Position numbers and translations under genes: made by a program. DNA of 64,000 nucleotides from Bacilli bacterium (GTDB taxonomy: Bacteria; Bacillota_I; Bacilli_A; RFN20; CAG-826): contig JAFUEZ010000008.1 of assembly GCA_017470115.1 (NCBI GenBank), forward strand, positions 86,653 through 150,652, in the 5' to 3' direction. Positions 53,152 through 62,694 of the stretch are shown one piece after another. Below the pieces are notes generated by a model. The model saw only the letters and a list, made by a program, of their open reading frames with translations. It was not told where the DNA came from and made no database searches. Position 1 is the stretch's first letter; each line of letters begins with the position of its first letter.

Positions 53152-54105
53152 ATGAAAGAAATTAGTTTCACAAAGCAAATAAAAGATGAATTATGTTCAA
53201 ATGAAGTTGATAGCAATGAGGCGCGATCAATTATTGCGGCTTTTGCAAGACTAAATGGAAACATTTCTTTCTCAAACAAGAAAACGAAATTGACTTTAAA
53301 AACTGAAAATGCAAATATTGCAAAATATATTTATAAATTAATAAAACAAGAATTTAAAGATGTTGAAATTTCTTTTAGCTTTTTAAGAGTCATGAAACTA
53401 TACAAGTCAACTCAATATCTTGTGAATGTTTTAGAAGGAGCTGACAATATTCTAGAAGGACTTAAAATTGACTTTTTAGATAGTAAGATTGATTATGAGC
53501 TCCAAAATAAAGAAGACAAAATTCGTGGCTATTTAGTAGGGTTATTTCTTGCTTCGGGCAGTTGTAATAATCCGAATACAAGTAATTATCATCTTGAAGT
53601 TTCGGTCAAAGATGAGAAATATGCCGAATCAATTGTTAAGTTAATTAACAAAACAAAATTATTTCAATTTAAAATCACAACGCGTAGAAGTCAATTTGTT
53701 GTTTATTTAAAACGCAGCGATAAAATTTCTGATTTCTTAAATTATATTAACGCAAATTCATCATGTTTAGATTTTGAAAATATTCGTATCGATCGTGATT
53801 TTGCTAATTCAAACAATAGATTAATGAATTGTGATTCATATAACTATAAGAAAACTTTGGAGATTTCGGCTAAACAAATCGAATATATTAATGTAATCGA
53901 GAAATACTTAGGTGTTGATAATCTTCAAAATGAAAAAATGAAGCTGCTTTGTAAAGCACGTTTGCAAAATCCTGAAGCAAATTATAACGAACTTGCCGAA
54001 ATTATCTCTGATGAGCTTGAACAAGCGGTTTCAAAATCGAATATTAATCATTTATTTATAAGAATAAAAAAGATGGCTGAGGAATTTAATGCTAGACATA
54101 ACTAA
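53152..54105 (+). CDS. whiA: DNA-binding protein WhiA
   Basis: SFTKQIKDEL, FLASGS..NP...YHLE, NRLMNCD.YN, SKSNINH; start reassigned. Confidence 0.92.
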   Translation: MKEISFTKQIKDELCSNEVDSNEARSIIAAFARLNGNISFSNKKTKLTLKTENANIAKYIYKLIKQEFKDVEISFSFLRVMKLYKSTQYLVNVLEGADNILEGLKIDFLDSKIDYELQNKEDKIRGYLVGLFLASGSCNNPNTSNYHLEVSVKDEKYAESIVKLINKTKLFQFKITTRRSQFVVYLKRSDKISDFLNYINANSSCLDFENIRIDRDFANSNNRLMNCDSYNYKKTLEISAKQIEYINVIEKYLGVDNLQNEKMKLLCKARLQNPEANYNELAEIISDELEQAVSKSNINHLFIRIKKMAEEFNARHN

Positions 54106-54325
54106 ATTAGATATCAATTATGAGTTCGGAAAAAGAATTCAGTATTTAAGAAAGAAAAAAGGTCGGTCTCAAGAAGACTTTGCTTTTGAATGTGGTATTA
54201 ATAAAAATTATCTAAGCGATGTAGAGCGAGGAAGAAGAAACCCAACGCTTAAAATTCTAGAAAAAATTGCTAACGGATTAGGAATAACGTTAGAAGAACT
54301 ATTTAAAGGATTAGGAATAAAGTAA
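54089..54325 (+). CDS. XRE-family HTH regulator
   Basis: FGKRI..LRKKKG(W)SQEDFA..CG...YLSDVERGRRNPTL. Confidence 0.9.
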   Translation: MLDITKLDINYEFGKRIQYLRKKKGRSQEDFAFECGINKNYLSDVERGRRNPTLKILEKIANGLGITLEELFKGLGIK

Positions 54326-54399
54326 GATTAAATATTGAGATAATCAACATTTTTAATAAAAATGTTTATTATTTGGATGTTTGAGAATATAATTAATTC

Positions 54400-55533
54400 A
54401 TGCTAAAAACTAAAGGATTAATCTCGGTTACTGCACTTATTGTAATTACTGGAGCTCTTGGTGGAATCTCTGGTTGGTTTTTAGGTTCAATGTTTAAGCC
54501 TTTAAAAGCATTAGTCAACGATACTGTTGCAGATTATCCTGTTGAATATTCTAAAAATCAAGGAACAGCTGCAAAGCTTTTTAATGCTGCAAATGTAAAT
54601 TCTCCAGAAGAATTAGTCGGAGTTGATGTCTCTAAATTGATTGGAAAAAACGGACTTACTGTAGCTGATGTTGCCGAATGTGCTACATATTTTATGTTTA
54701 GAAATGAAAATCTGATGAGCAAATCTTATAACTATTCTTTAAGTACAACGATGGGAATTAATAACAAACAAGAAACTAATTCTACATGGATAAAAAATAA
54801 AGATTTGTATTTTAAAGAAAACATGTCTTACTCATCAAACGCTAATTTTGGAGAAAGAATGTACAATTGTGATGATTCTTCACTCTCTTTTATTAGTAAA
54901 CCTTTAGAAAACAAGATTAATTATTATCGCCAAACCGGGATAAAGAATGCATCGAAATCAGATTTTTCAAACCCAGCAAAATCATCCTTTTATCAAAATG
55001 TTCCAGAAGGTGAAGATGTTGATGAAAATGGAAATAAAGTGCAAAGTTTTAGAACCACATTTCAAACGTCTGTTTTTACTCCTTTCAACTATCAAGTGAA
55101 CGAAAAATATGCATTAAAAGACGATAATGGTGGGTATTCTACTTTAAGTTTATTTGATACTTTTTCTGGTGAATCTGTAAGTTTTGGTCATTCTATAGAA
55201 AAAACAGAAACTGGATATAAAATCTCAATCACAATTAAAAATGAAGCATTAGATCAATATGGCGCATATGTTTATTTGACCACAAGAGATTCATCAAAAA
55301 TAGCAAAAATGAAACAAAGGCCTGGATATTTGAAAGTCGGCTGGCAACTTTTTACTGATAATAAATTAGATTTAATGAAGATGAAGGTCTATGAACATTA
55401 TAATGTTTATTCAGCGATAGTTGATAAAGTTCCTACAGATTCAACTTCAGAAATTTATTTTTATTATGGAAGTGAAGCAAATAACATCCCAAGTATTAAG
55501 GAGGTCATTCAATATGAGCGACCAGAATGGTAA
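54400..55533 (+). CDS. hypothetical membrane-anchored protein
   Basis: N-terminal TM; no recognised family. Confidence 0.7.
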   Translation: MLKTKGLISVTALIVITGALGGISGWFLGSMFKPLKALVNDTVADYPVEYSKNQGTAAKLFNAANVNSPEELVGVDVSKLIGKNGLTVADVAECATYFMFRNENLMSKSYNYSLSTTMGINNKQETNSTWIKNKDLYFKENMSYSSNANFGERMYNCDDSSLSFISKPLENKINYYRQTGIKNASKSDFSNPAKSSFYQNVPEGEDVDENGNKVQSFRTTFQTSVFTPFNYQVNEKYALKDDNGGYSTLSLFDTFSGESVSFGHSIEKTETGYKISITIKNEALDQYGAYVYLTTRDSSKIAKMKQRPGYLKVGWQLFTDNKLDLMKMKVYEHYNVYSAIVDKVPTDSTSEIYFYYGSEANNIPSIKEVIQYERPEW

Positions 55534-55660
55534 AAATAAAAGAATTAAATTCTTAGAATGGTTTTGCGATTTGCCTTGGTACTTATATTTAGTTATAGCT
55601 TTAGGCGCTTTCTTTTTGGTTTACACAATTGTGTTTTATTTGTTTTATTTTATTCTTTAA
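55514..55660 (+). CDS. small membrane protein
   Basis: GGAGG SD, ATG 55514, single C-terminal TM. Confidence 0.55.
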   Translation: MSDQNGKNKRIKFLEWFCDLPWYLYLVIALGAFFLVYTIVFYLFYFIL

Positions 55661-55661
55661 A

Positions 55662-55690
55662 AAGGTGTCAAGCAAAATGCTTGACACCTT
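55662..55690. terminator. bidirectional terminator / repeat-element hairpin
   Basis: AAGGTGTCAAGCA-aaa-TGCTTGACACCTT. Confidence 0.8.
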
Positions 55691-55726
55691 ATTTTTTTAT
55701 TAAATAATTGAGTTCTGCAGGTTTTT

Positions 55727-57631
55727 TTAATATTTTCTTGTCATTAATCTAAGCGAATTTAAGACGCAAATTATTGTAACGCCAACATCAGCAAATATTG
55801 CTAACCACATGATATAGGAATCAATTGGTAATGTTGGAATTAAGTTTAATATCATTACAATTACTTTAACAGAAATAGCAAATATTAGGTTAACCATAAC
55901 AGTAGTGTAGTTAGATTTTGAAATCTTAATGGTTTTGTTGATGCCGTTTAAATCATCATTCATTATAACCGCATCACTTGATTCTATAGTTAAATCACTT
56001 CCTGCTAAGCCCATTGAAACACCAATATTTGCTGTTGTTAAACAAGCTGCATCATTAATTCCATCGCCTACATAGCATACATTATTTTTAGATGATTTCA
56101 TGATTTCTTTAAGAGCATCAACTTTTTGTAATGGAAGCAAATTTGATTCATAGGAACTTATATTAGCCTCTTTTGCTATAACGTTTGCAATTGATTCGTT
56201 ATCACCCGTAAGCATATAAGTACTCTTTACGCCGTTTTTATAGAAATTATTAATAGCTTGTAAAGATGTTTCCTTGATTTCATCTTTAATTGTTATTGAA
56301 CCTGCATATTTGCCATCATATGCGCAATAAACTATGGTAAAAGGTGTATCAACTTTTGAGAATGCGATTTCAAAATCATCCATTAATTTTGAATTTCCAA
56401 CTAATAATGTTTTTCCTTTATATAGAGTTTTGATTCCTTTGCCGCTAATTTCTTCATAATCTTTTAGATTAGATTCATCGATTTCTTGTCGATCTTTTAA
56501 TATTGCTAAAGCAATTGGATGTGATGAATAATATTCTGCATTTTTAACTAGTAGAAGAAGTTCATCACTCGTAAAATCATTTGTTGGATTAATAGAAGAG
56601 ACTTCAAAATTACCTTTTGTAATAGTCCCAGTTTTATCCATAACCACCGTGTTAATTTTTCTAAAATTATCTAAATAATTACCACCTTTAACTAATATAT
56701 TGTTTTTGCTTGCAACACCCAAACTTACGAAATAAGCCATTGGTATTGATAGAACAATTGCACATGGGCATGAAATAACAAGCATAGAAGCAGCTGCTTG
56801 AATATATCTACTCCAAATAGCTGGATTAGTGTAGTCGATTATTAAAGGAACTACTGTTGCAACCAAAAAAGCCAAAGCTATTACAATAGGTGTATATATT
56901 CTTGCAAACTTGGTTATGAATTTTTCTGTTTGAGCTTTATTTGATGATGCGCTTTCTACTAATTCAAGCATTTGAGACATTGTTGAATTGTAGAATTCTT
57001 TTGTGGCTTTAATGACAAGTGGTGATCCTAAATTTATCACTCCTGAAATAATCTCATCTCCAGTTTGGCATTTTCTTGGTGTTGACTCACCAGTCATAGA
57101 AGAAGTGTCTAGAGAAGAAGAACCTTCTATGATTACACCATCTAAAGCAACACGTTCGCCACTTTTAACAATAAATAAATCGTTTATTTGAACATCAAAT
57201 GGATCAACAATTCTTTCTATTTTGTTGTTATATAAAGTTACCGTATCAGGTCTTAAATCAATTATGGCTTTAATAGAATCTCTTGATTTATTAACTGCAT
57301 AATTTTCAAACTTTTCGCCTATTTGAAAGAATACTGTAACAGCTAAGCCTTCAACAAATTCGCCAACAGCAAGAGCGGCAATAGAAGCTACTAAAGTTAA
57401 TGTAATTTCATTAAAAAAGTCGCGTTTAGCAAGGTTTTTGGCAGATTTTACGTATAAATCGAATGAAACTAAAATGTATAAAACTAATGTGATTGGAAGG
57501 ATAATTACTAACTTTATGGTTGTATTTCCTAGTTTTGTTTCACCATAAAAAATCTCAATAAAAACTAGCGCTATTGTTAGTAGTGCAGAAATAATGATCC
57601 TTGTTAAATCAAATTTCTTGTTTAGTTTCAT
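55727..57631 (-). CDS. P1B-type heavy-metal (Zn/Cd) translocating ATPase
   Basis: TGES, SCPC, DKTGTIT, SSHP, GDGINDA, FADVG. Confidence 0.95.
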   Translation of the reverse strand: MKLNKKFDLTRIIISALLTIALVFIEIFYGETKLGNTTIKLVIILPITLVLYILVSFDLYVKSAKNLAKRDFFNEITLTLVASIAALAVGEFVEGLAVTVFFQIGEKFENYAVNKSRDSIKAIIDLRPDTVTLYNNKIERIVDPFDVQINDLFIVKSGERVALDGVIIEGSSSLDTSSMTGESTPRKCQTGDEIISGVINLGSPLVIKATKEFYNSTMSQMLELVESASSNKAQTEKFITKFARIYTPIVIALAFLVATVVPLIIDYTNPAIWSRYIQAAASMLVISCPCAIVLSIPMAYFVSLGVASKNNILVKGGNYLDNFRKINTVVMDKTGTITKGNFEVSSINPTNDFTSDELLLLVKNAEYYSSHPIALAILKDRQEIDESNLKDYEEISGKGIKTLYKGKTLLVGNSKLMDDFEIAFSKVDTPFTIVYCAYDGKYAGSITIKDEIKETSLQAINNFYKNGVKSTYMLTGDNESIANVIAKEANISSYESNLLPLQKVDALKEIMKSSKNNVCYVGDGINDAACLTTANIGVSMGLAGSDLTIESSDAVIMNDDLNGINKTIKISKSNYTTVMVNLIFAISVKVIVMILNLIPTLPIDSYIMWLAIFADVGVTIICVLNSLRLMTRKY

Positions 57632-57843
57632 TATTTAATCCTTCTTAAAGAAACTCCATCTTCAAAATTTGAACAAATTTCTTTCACTTTGCTTAAAGCA
57701 TCATCGATTACTTCAATAACTAGTCTTTCAGCAATAAAGTCTATTTGCGCATAACTAACACCATCAACTTTTTGAATCATTGATTCTAATTTGTTTGCAC
57801 AGTTTGCGCAATCTATACCTGATATTTTATAAATTTGTCTCAT
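57631..57843 (-). CDS. HMA metal-binding protein
   Basis: GIDCANCA. Confidence 0.9.
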   Translation of the reverse strand: MRQIYKISGIDCANCANKLESMIQKVDGVSYAQIDFIAERLVIEVIDDALSKVKEICSNFEDGVSLRRIK

Positions 57844-57844
57844 G

Positions 57845-58189
57845 TTATTGCTCCTTTAAATGTTGTCTTGCTGTTTCAATGATTATCGACACATGCTCAT
57901 CGTCTAATGTGTAGATGACATTTTTTCCAGATTTAAGATATTTGACTAATTTATTTGCTTTCAAAATATTCAATTGATGTGAACATGCACTTTTTGAAAT
58001 GTTTAAAACGTTACAAATATCACCGACTGTCATTGGATTATTATCTAATGACCACAATATTTGTAATCTAGTTGAGTCTCCAAAAATTTTAAAGAAATCG
58101 CTTATCTCATATATTTCTCTTTCACTAATCATTGACTCTTTTGTCTTCTTGACTAATTCAGGATTTACCATAGGTGTATCACAGGCCAT
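57845..58189 (-). CDS. ArsR/SmtB-family metal-sensing repressor
   Basis: FKIFGDSTRL.IL, SKSACSHQL, Y.LDDEHV; start reassigned to MACD after GGAGG. Confidence 0.92.
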   Translation of the reverse strand: MACDTPMVNPELVKKTKESMISEREIYEISDFFKIFGDSTRLQILWSLDNNPMTVGDICNVLNISKSACSHQLNILKANKLVKYLKSGKNVIYTLDDEHVSIIIETARQHLKEQ

Positions 58190-58208
58190 AACTAAAACCT
58201 CCATACAT

Positions 58209-58238
58209 ATTATAGTTGAACAACTATTCAACTGTCAA
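58209..58238 (-). promoter_or_regulatory. sigma-A promoter with overlapping ArsR/SmtB operator
   Basis: TTGACA-18-TATAAT on minus strand; AGTTGAA-caacta-TTCAACT palindrome at 58214-58233. Confidence 0.8.
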
Positions 58239-58422
58239 GAAATATTCAAAATCTTTTTTAAAGCTTTAAATACAACTGTCAACTTTCCTTGACTCTAACA
58301 AAAAATATCAAAGTTTTGCAGGGTTTTTAATATTAATTTATCCATTTAATGGTTAATATCACTTATTATATTCATTAAGTTTATATTGATTATATAAACT
58401 TTTTTTGCCATAATTTGCACGT

Positions 58423-59868
58423 ATGAGAACTAATGGTATTTTAATGGCAATTTCTAGTTTACCAAGTGATTACGGAATTGGTGATTTTGGTAAGTCTAGT
58501 TATAAATTTGTTGATTTAATTTCTGAAGCTAAAATTAAATTGTGGCAACTCCTTCCAATTAATCCAATCGGAAGTGGAGATAGTCCATATTCTTCAAAAT
58601 GTGGCAACGCAATCGATGAAATTTTCATAGATCTTGAGGAGCTTCAAGAGAATGGTTTAATAGATGATCTTCCTTCATTTAACGCCAAGGCAAAATATGT
58701 CGAATATGGTGAAGTTAGAGATTTCAAAACAAAAAAATTGAGAGAAGCTTTTGATAAGCAAAATGATTTAGCAACACAAGATTATAAGAATTTTTTAATT
58801 GAGCATCCTTGGTTAGAGAATTATGCGAAATTTTGCATCCTTTTAGTCAAAAATAATTATGTTGATTGGTGGAATTGGTCAGAAGAAGAAAAGAACGAAC
58901 CATATAAGAATACAATAGACTTTTCAAAGTATGAAAACGAAATGAACTTCATCAAGTGGTGTCAATACATTGCTTTTAAACAATTCATAAAGCTTAAGAA
59001 ATATGCTAATTCGAAAAATGTCGAATTAATGGGTGATATTCCATTTTATCTTGGCGGAAATAGTAGTGATGTTTGGGCAAATCAAGATGAATTCTTACTC
59101 GATGATGATGCTAAACCATATAGAATTGCCGGATGTCCACCAGATTATTTTTCAAAAACAGGGCAAAGATGGGGCAATCCAATTTATGATTGGGATTATA
59201 TGCTTGATGACGGGTTTACTTTTTGGATGAGTAGAATCAAAAACGCATCTAAACTTTATGACTGCATTAGAATCGATCATTTTAGAGCCTTTGATACATA
59301 TTGGTCAATCAATCCAGAATGCGAAACCGCAGTTGATGGTGTTTGGGAAATTGGATATGGAAATGAATTTTTCTCAAAGCTTCAACGTGAATTACCTAAT
59401 TTAAAAATTTTAGCTGAAGACTTAGGCGATTTATTCCCAAGTGTTCAAAAATTAAGAGATAAATTTAATTTGCCCGGAATGAACGTTATTCAATTTACAC
59501 TTTTAGATCCAGCTGCAGAAGTAAAAGAAAATCAAATCATGTATACTGGAACTCATGATAACGATACTCTCATGGGATGGTTAAAAAGTTTAGATGAAGA
59601 GACTAAAGAAGCTTTAAAAATTAAATTGAAATCACTCAAGTTAGAAGGCAGAAGTATCTATGATAAATTGATTAATTATGTTTTCAGTTCTATCGATGAT
59701 TATGCTATTATTCCAATTCAAGATTACTTAAAACTTGGCTCAGAATATAGAATGAATACGCCAGGAATTTCTGGAGGTTTAAATTGGAAGTTTAGACTTG
59801 TCAATTTTGATGCTTTCGAAAAGATTATTCCTAATATTAAAACTCTTGTTAAGAAATATAATAGATGA
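58423..59868 (+). CDS. malQ: 4-alpha-glucanotransferase (GH77)
   Basis: WQLLPINP, GDIPFY, GCPPDYFSKTGQRWGNP, RIDHFR, AEDLG, GTHDN. Confidence 0.96.
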   Translation: MRTNGILMAISSLPSDYGIGDFGKSSYKFVDLISEAKIKLWQLLPINPIGSGDSPYSSKCGNAIDEIFIDLEELQENGLIDDLPSFNAKAKYVEYGEVRDFKTKKLREAFDKQNDLATQDYKNFLIEHPWLENYAKFCILLVKNNYVDWWNWSEEEKNEPYKNTIDFSKYENEMNFIKWCQYIAFKQFIKLKKYANSKNVELMGDIPFYLGGNSSDVWANQDEFLLDDDAKPYRIAGCPPDYFSKTGQRWGNPIYDWDYMLDDGFTFWMSRIKNASKLYDCIRIDHFRAFDTYWSINPECETAVDGVWEIGYGNEFFSKLQRELPNLKILAEDLGDLFPSVQKLRDKFNLPGMNVIQFTLLDPAAEVKENQIMYTGTHDNDTLMGWLKSLDEETKEALKIKLKSLKLEGRSIYDKLINYVFSSIDDYAIIPIQDYLKLGSEYRMNTPGISGGLNWKFRLVNFDAFEKIIPNIKTLVKKYNR

Positions 59869-61157
59869 AAAAAATTGCATTAATAAGTTTAGGTTGTGTT
59901 AAAAATCAGGTTGATAGTGAAGCGATTTTAGCTTTGTTCAAAGAACCTGATTTTAAAATTGTAAATAATTTAGAAGAAAGTGATGTAGTCATAATCAATA
60001 CATGTGGATTTATCGCTTCAGCTAAAGAAGAAGGTATTGATACTATTCTTTCTGCTATTGAATATAATAAAACACTTGTTGTTTGTGGTTGCCTTGTTGA
60101 ACGTTATTATAAAGAATTAAAAGCAGCCATCCCGGAAGTTAAATTGTGGATTAAATTTAAAGATGAATATCAATTTTTGCCATCGATGATTCAAGAACTT
60201 TTTGAAGATGAAAAAGTTACTTCCAAATTTAATATTTTTGATAGAATCACTGCAGATTCCTCATATTTTTCTTATATTAAGATTTCTGAAGGGTGCGATA
60301 ATTTCTGTGCTTTTTGCGCAATTCCTTTTATTAGAGGAAGATTTGTTTCACTACCAGAAGATGATATTGTAGCTTATGCAAATAAAGTTGTTAAAAAAGG
60401 AGCTAAAGAAATTGTTTTAATTGGCCAAGATCCAACGAGTTATGGAAGAGACTTAAAAGATCAAAATATTAATCTTGTTCACTTATTAAAACGAATTGAG
60501 CCAATCGAGGGATTAGAAAAGATAAGAATGCTATATCTTTATCCTGATGGAATTACCGATGAACTTATTGATTTTGTAAAAACTCATAAAAAGATGAGCC
60601 ATTATTTTGATATTCCTATTCAACATTGTTCGGATAATATCTTGAAACTTATGAATAGACGAGATACTAAAGCTTCAACCGAAGAAGTTTTAGATAAAAT
60701 TAAAAAAGAAATACCAGATACAATTTTAAGAACGACGCTTATCGTAGGCTTCCCTGGTGAAACGGTTAAAGAATTTAATGAGTTAAAACGCTTTATTGAA
60801 AAATACAAGTTCAATCACCTTGGCGTATTTACATATAGTAGAGAAAAAGGAACTAAAGCTGCAATACTTCCTCATCAAGTTCAAGAAAGAACTAAAGTTA
60901 AACGTAAAGATGAGATAATGCAATTACAAGCTAGAATTTCTTATGACTTGAATAAAAATATGATTGGTAGAGAGTTTGATGCAATTGTATTTAAAGTAAA
61001 TAAGAATGATTACAGTGTTAGATGTGACTATAATGCTCCAGATGATATTGATGGAAATGTAATTTTAAAGACTGAAAAAGTTCATAAAATTGGAGACTCA
61101 GTTAGAATCAAAATCGAAAAAGCTTTTGTCTATGATTTGATTGCTTCAGAACTTTAA
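59865..61157 (+). CDS. rimO: ribosomal protein S12 methylthiotransferase
   Basis: SLGCVKNQVDSE, NTCGFI, CDNFCAFCAIP, APDDIDG.V TRAM. Confidence 0.92.
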   Translation: MKKIALISLGCVKNQVDSEAILALFKEPDFKIVNNLEESDVVIINTCGFIASAKEEGIDTILSAIEYNKTLVVCGCLVERYYKELKAAIPEVKLWIKFKDEYQFLPSMIQELFEDEKVTSKFNIFDRITADSSYFSYIKISEGCDNFCAFCAIPFIRGRFVSLPEDDIVAYANKVVKKGAKEIVLIGQDPTSYGRDLKDQNINLVHLLKRIEPIEGLEKIRMLYLYPDGITDELIDFVKTHKKMSHYFDIPIQHCSDNILKLMNRRDTKASTEEVLDKIKKEIPDTILRTTLIVGFPGETVKEFNELKRFIEKYKFNHLGVFTYSREKGTKAAILPHQVQERTKVKRKDEIMQLQARISYDLNKNMIGREFDAIVFKVNKNDYSVRCDYNAPDDIDGNVILKTEKVHKIGDSVRIKIEKAFVYDLIASEL

Positions 61158-61339
61158 AAATCAACTAAATATTAAGATAGCATTAAGATTTCCTCTATTT
61201 TTAGAGGATTTTTTAAATTTATCGGAAAAATAGCTCTTATTTTTCTACATATTTAGTGAAAGGCAGATTTAATGGGCTCAATCGGCGCCTCAAGGTTGAA
61301 TAAACTAAGTATGAAAATACACGATTCTGGATTTGAATT

Positions 61340-62524
61340 ATGAAGAAATTATTAACAACAAAAAACTTTAGACTCTATCCAACAAAAGAGCAAAAGAGAT
61401 TATTAGATAGGGAACTCAATTTTTATAGGCATTATTTTAATTCGTTAAAAGCTGCAATTACTAGAAGAAGAGAAGAATCATTGATTCCTCTTGTTGAGCA
61501 GGATATCGTGGAGATTTGTAAAGCGACAAAAGAAAAAATCCTAAAACTTGATTTTGATTTTAATAAATACTATTACAGGTCGCACATTAAGTTTGCAACC
61601 GATAACATGATGCTTGCGTTTAAGTATCCTCGTAAAAAAGGATTAAAGAAATATCATTTAGAAAAGACTACTATAAAAATTGATGATCCTTCTTGTTATG
61701 TAATGCTTAATCATCTTTATTTTAAAAATAATATAAAGATAAAACTTAGACCTAAAGTAGAAACTTTAAATGGTGTATCTTTTTATACCATTACTAAGAA
61801 TAGAAATAAGTATTATTTAACTGCAGTTATATTTATTGACGCGATAAGAGTTAAAAAAACTGGAAAAGGCTGTGGAATTGATGTTGGCTTTAGAAATGGA
61901 TTAGTTCTTTATAACACTGATGGAGAAGTTAGCGAGTATAAATTTCAAAATGCTAAAGTTGATAGACTATTTAAGCAAGCTGAATTTTATAAGAAAACCA
62001 TCGAAAATATTGAAGCAAAAAATAAAGATTATATCGTTTCAAAGAATTATCAAAAAGTTACAAATAAACTTGCTAGAACTTATGAAAGAATTACAAATAT
62101 AAGAAATCATGAATTTAATCTTGTTTCTGAAAATCTAGCACTAAAATACGATTTAATAGTGGTTGAAGATCTTGAAATAGAAGATATTTATAAAGGAAAC
62201 GTTAAACGTTATGAGATAAGTAAAGCATCGTATGGAAGATTTTTTGATTATCTGAAAAATAAATGCCAAAAATATAATAAATATTTCATTAAAGTTCCGC
62301 GTTTTTATCCTTCAAGTCAAATTTGTTCTGAATGTGGGGTAATTCATAAAGAAATGAAAGATTATAGAGATGCAAAAATGATGATTTGTGAGTGTGGATA
62401 TAAAGAAGATAGAGATATAAACGCTGCAAAAAATATTTTAAGGTATGGTCTAGGCGAGCTTAGAAGAAGGAACCAAAATAATAAAGATAAATATAAAAAG
62501 GGAAAGAATGTAGAAGCTAAATAA
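61340..62524 (+). CDS. tnpB: TnpB (IS200/IS605 OrfB) RNA-guided nuclease-family protein, no adjacent TnpA
   Basis: FRLYPTKEQ, GIDVG, VVEDL, YPSSQICSECG...CECG, DRDINAAKNI. Confidence 0.9.
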   Translation: MKKLLTTKNFRLYPTKEQKRLLDRELNFYRHYFNSLKAAITRRREESLIPLVEQDIVEICKATKEKILKLDFDFNKYYYRSHIKFATDNMMLAFKYPRKKGLKKYHLEKTTIKIDDPSCYVMLNHLYFKNNIKIKLRPKVETLNGVSFYTITKNRNKYYLTAVIFIDAIRVKKTGKGCGIDVGFRNGLVLYNTDGEVSEYKFQNAKVDRLFKQAEFYKKTIENIEAKNKDYIVSKNYQKVTNKLARTYERITNIRNHEFNLVSENLALKYDLIVVEDLEIEDIYKGNVKRYEISKASYGRFFDYLKNKCQKYNKYFIKVPRFYPSSQICSECGVIHKEMKDYRDAKMMICECGYKEDRDINAAKNILRYGLGELRRRNQNNKDKYKKGKNVEAK

Positions 62525-62533
62525 ATATCAACA

Positions 62534-62566
62534 AATAAAAAAACTTTGACACCTGAGTATCAAAGT
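62534..62566 (-). terminator. terminator downstream of tRNA-Thr
   Basis: ACTTTGA..TCAAAGT hairpin followed by T-run on minus strand. Confidence 0.65.
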
Positions 62567-62578
62567 CGTTTGTGTTTT

Positions 62579-62652
62579 TGGTGCCTCAACGCAGAATCGA
62601 ACTACGAATACATCATTACCATTGATGGGTTATACCACTTAACTATTGAGGC
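62579..62652 (-). tRNA. tRNA-Thr(GGU)
   Basis: GCCTCAA acceptor/TTGAGGC-A-CCA, D arm, CATCA-ATGGTAA-TGATG anticodon arm, TTCGATT T-loop. Confidence 0.95.
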
Positions 62653-62665
62653 GAAGCACTGACAA

Positions 62666-62694
62666 AATATAACATACCCATCAATGGTAATCAA
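62666..62694 (-). promoter_or_regulatory. tRNA promoter
   Basis: TTGATT-17-TATATT with TG extension on minus strand. Confidence 0.7.

Noticed and set aside
54346-54366. AACATTTTT-aat-AAAAATGTT palindrome as XRE operator
   Set aside because: Low-complexity AT palindrome, single occurrence, could be chance or a weak terminator
62579-62652. The tRNA as the CGG-decoding Trp tRNA or as a prophage att site
   Set aside because: Anticodon is GGU (Thr); no duplicated tRNA 3' end or integrase in the window
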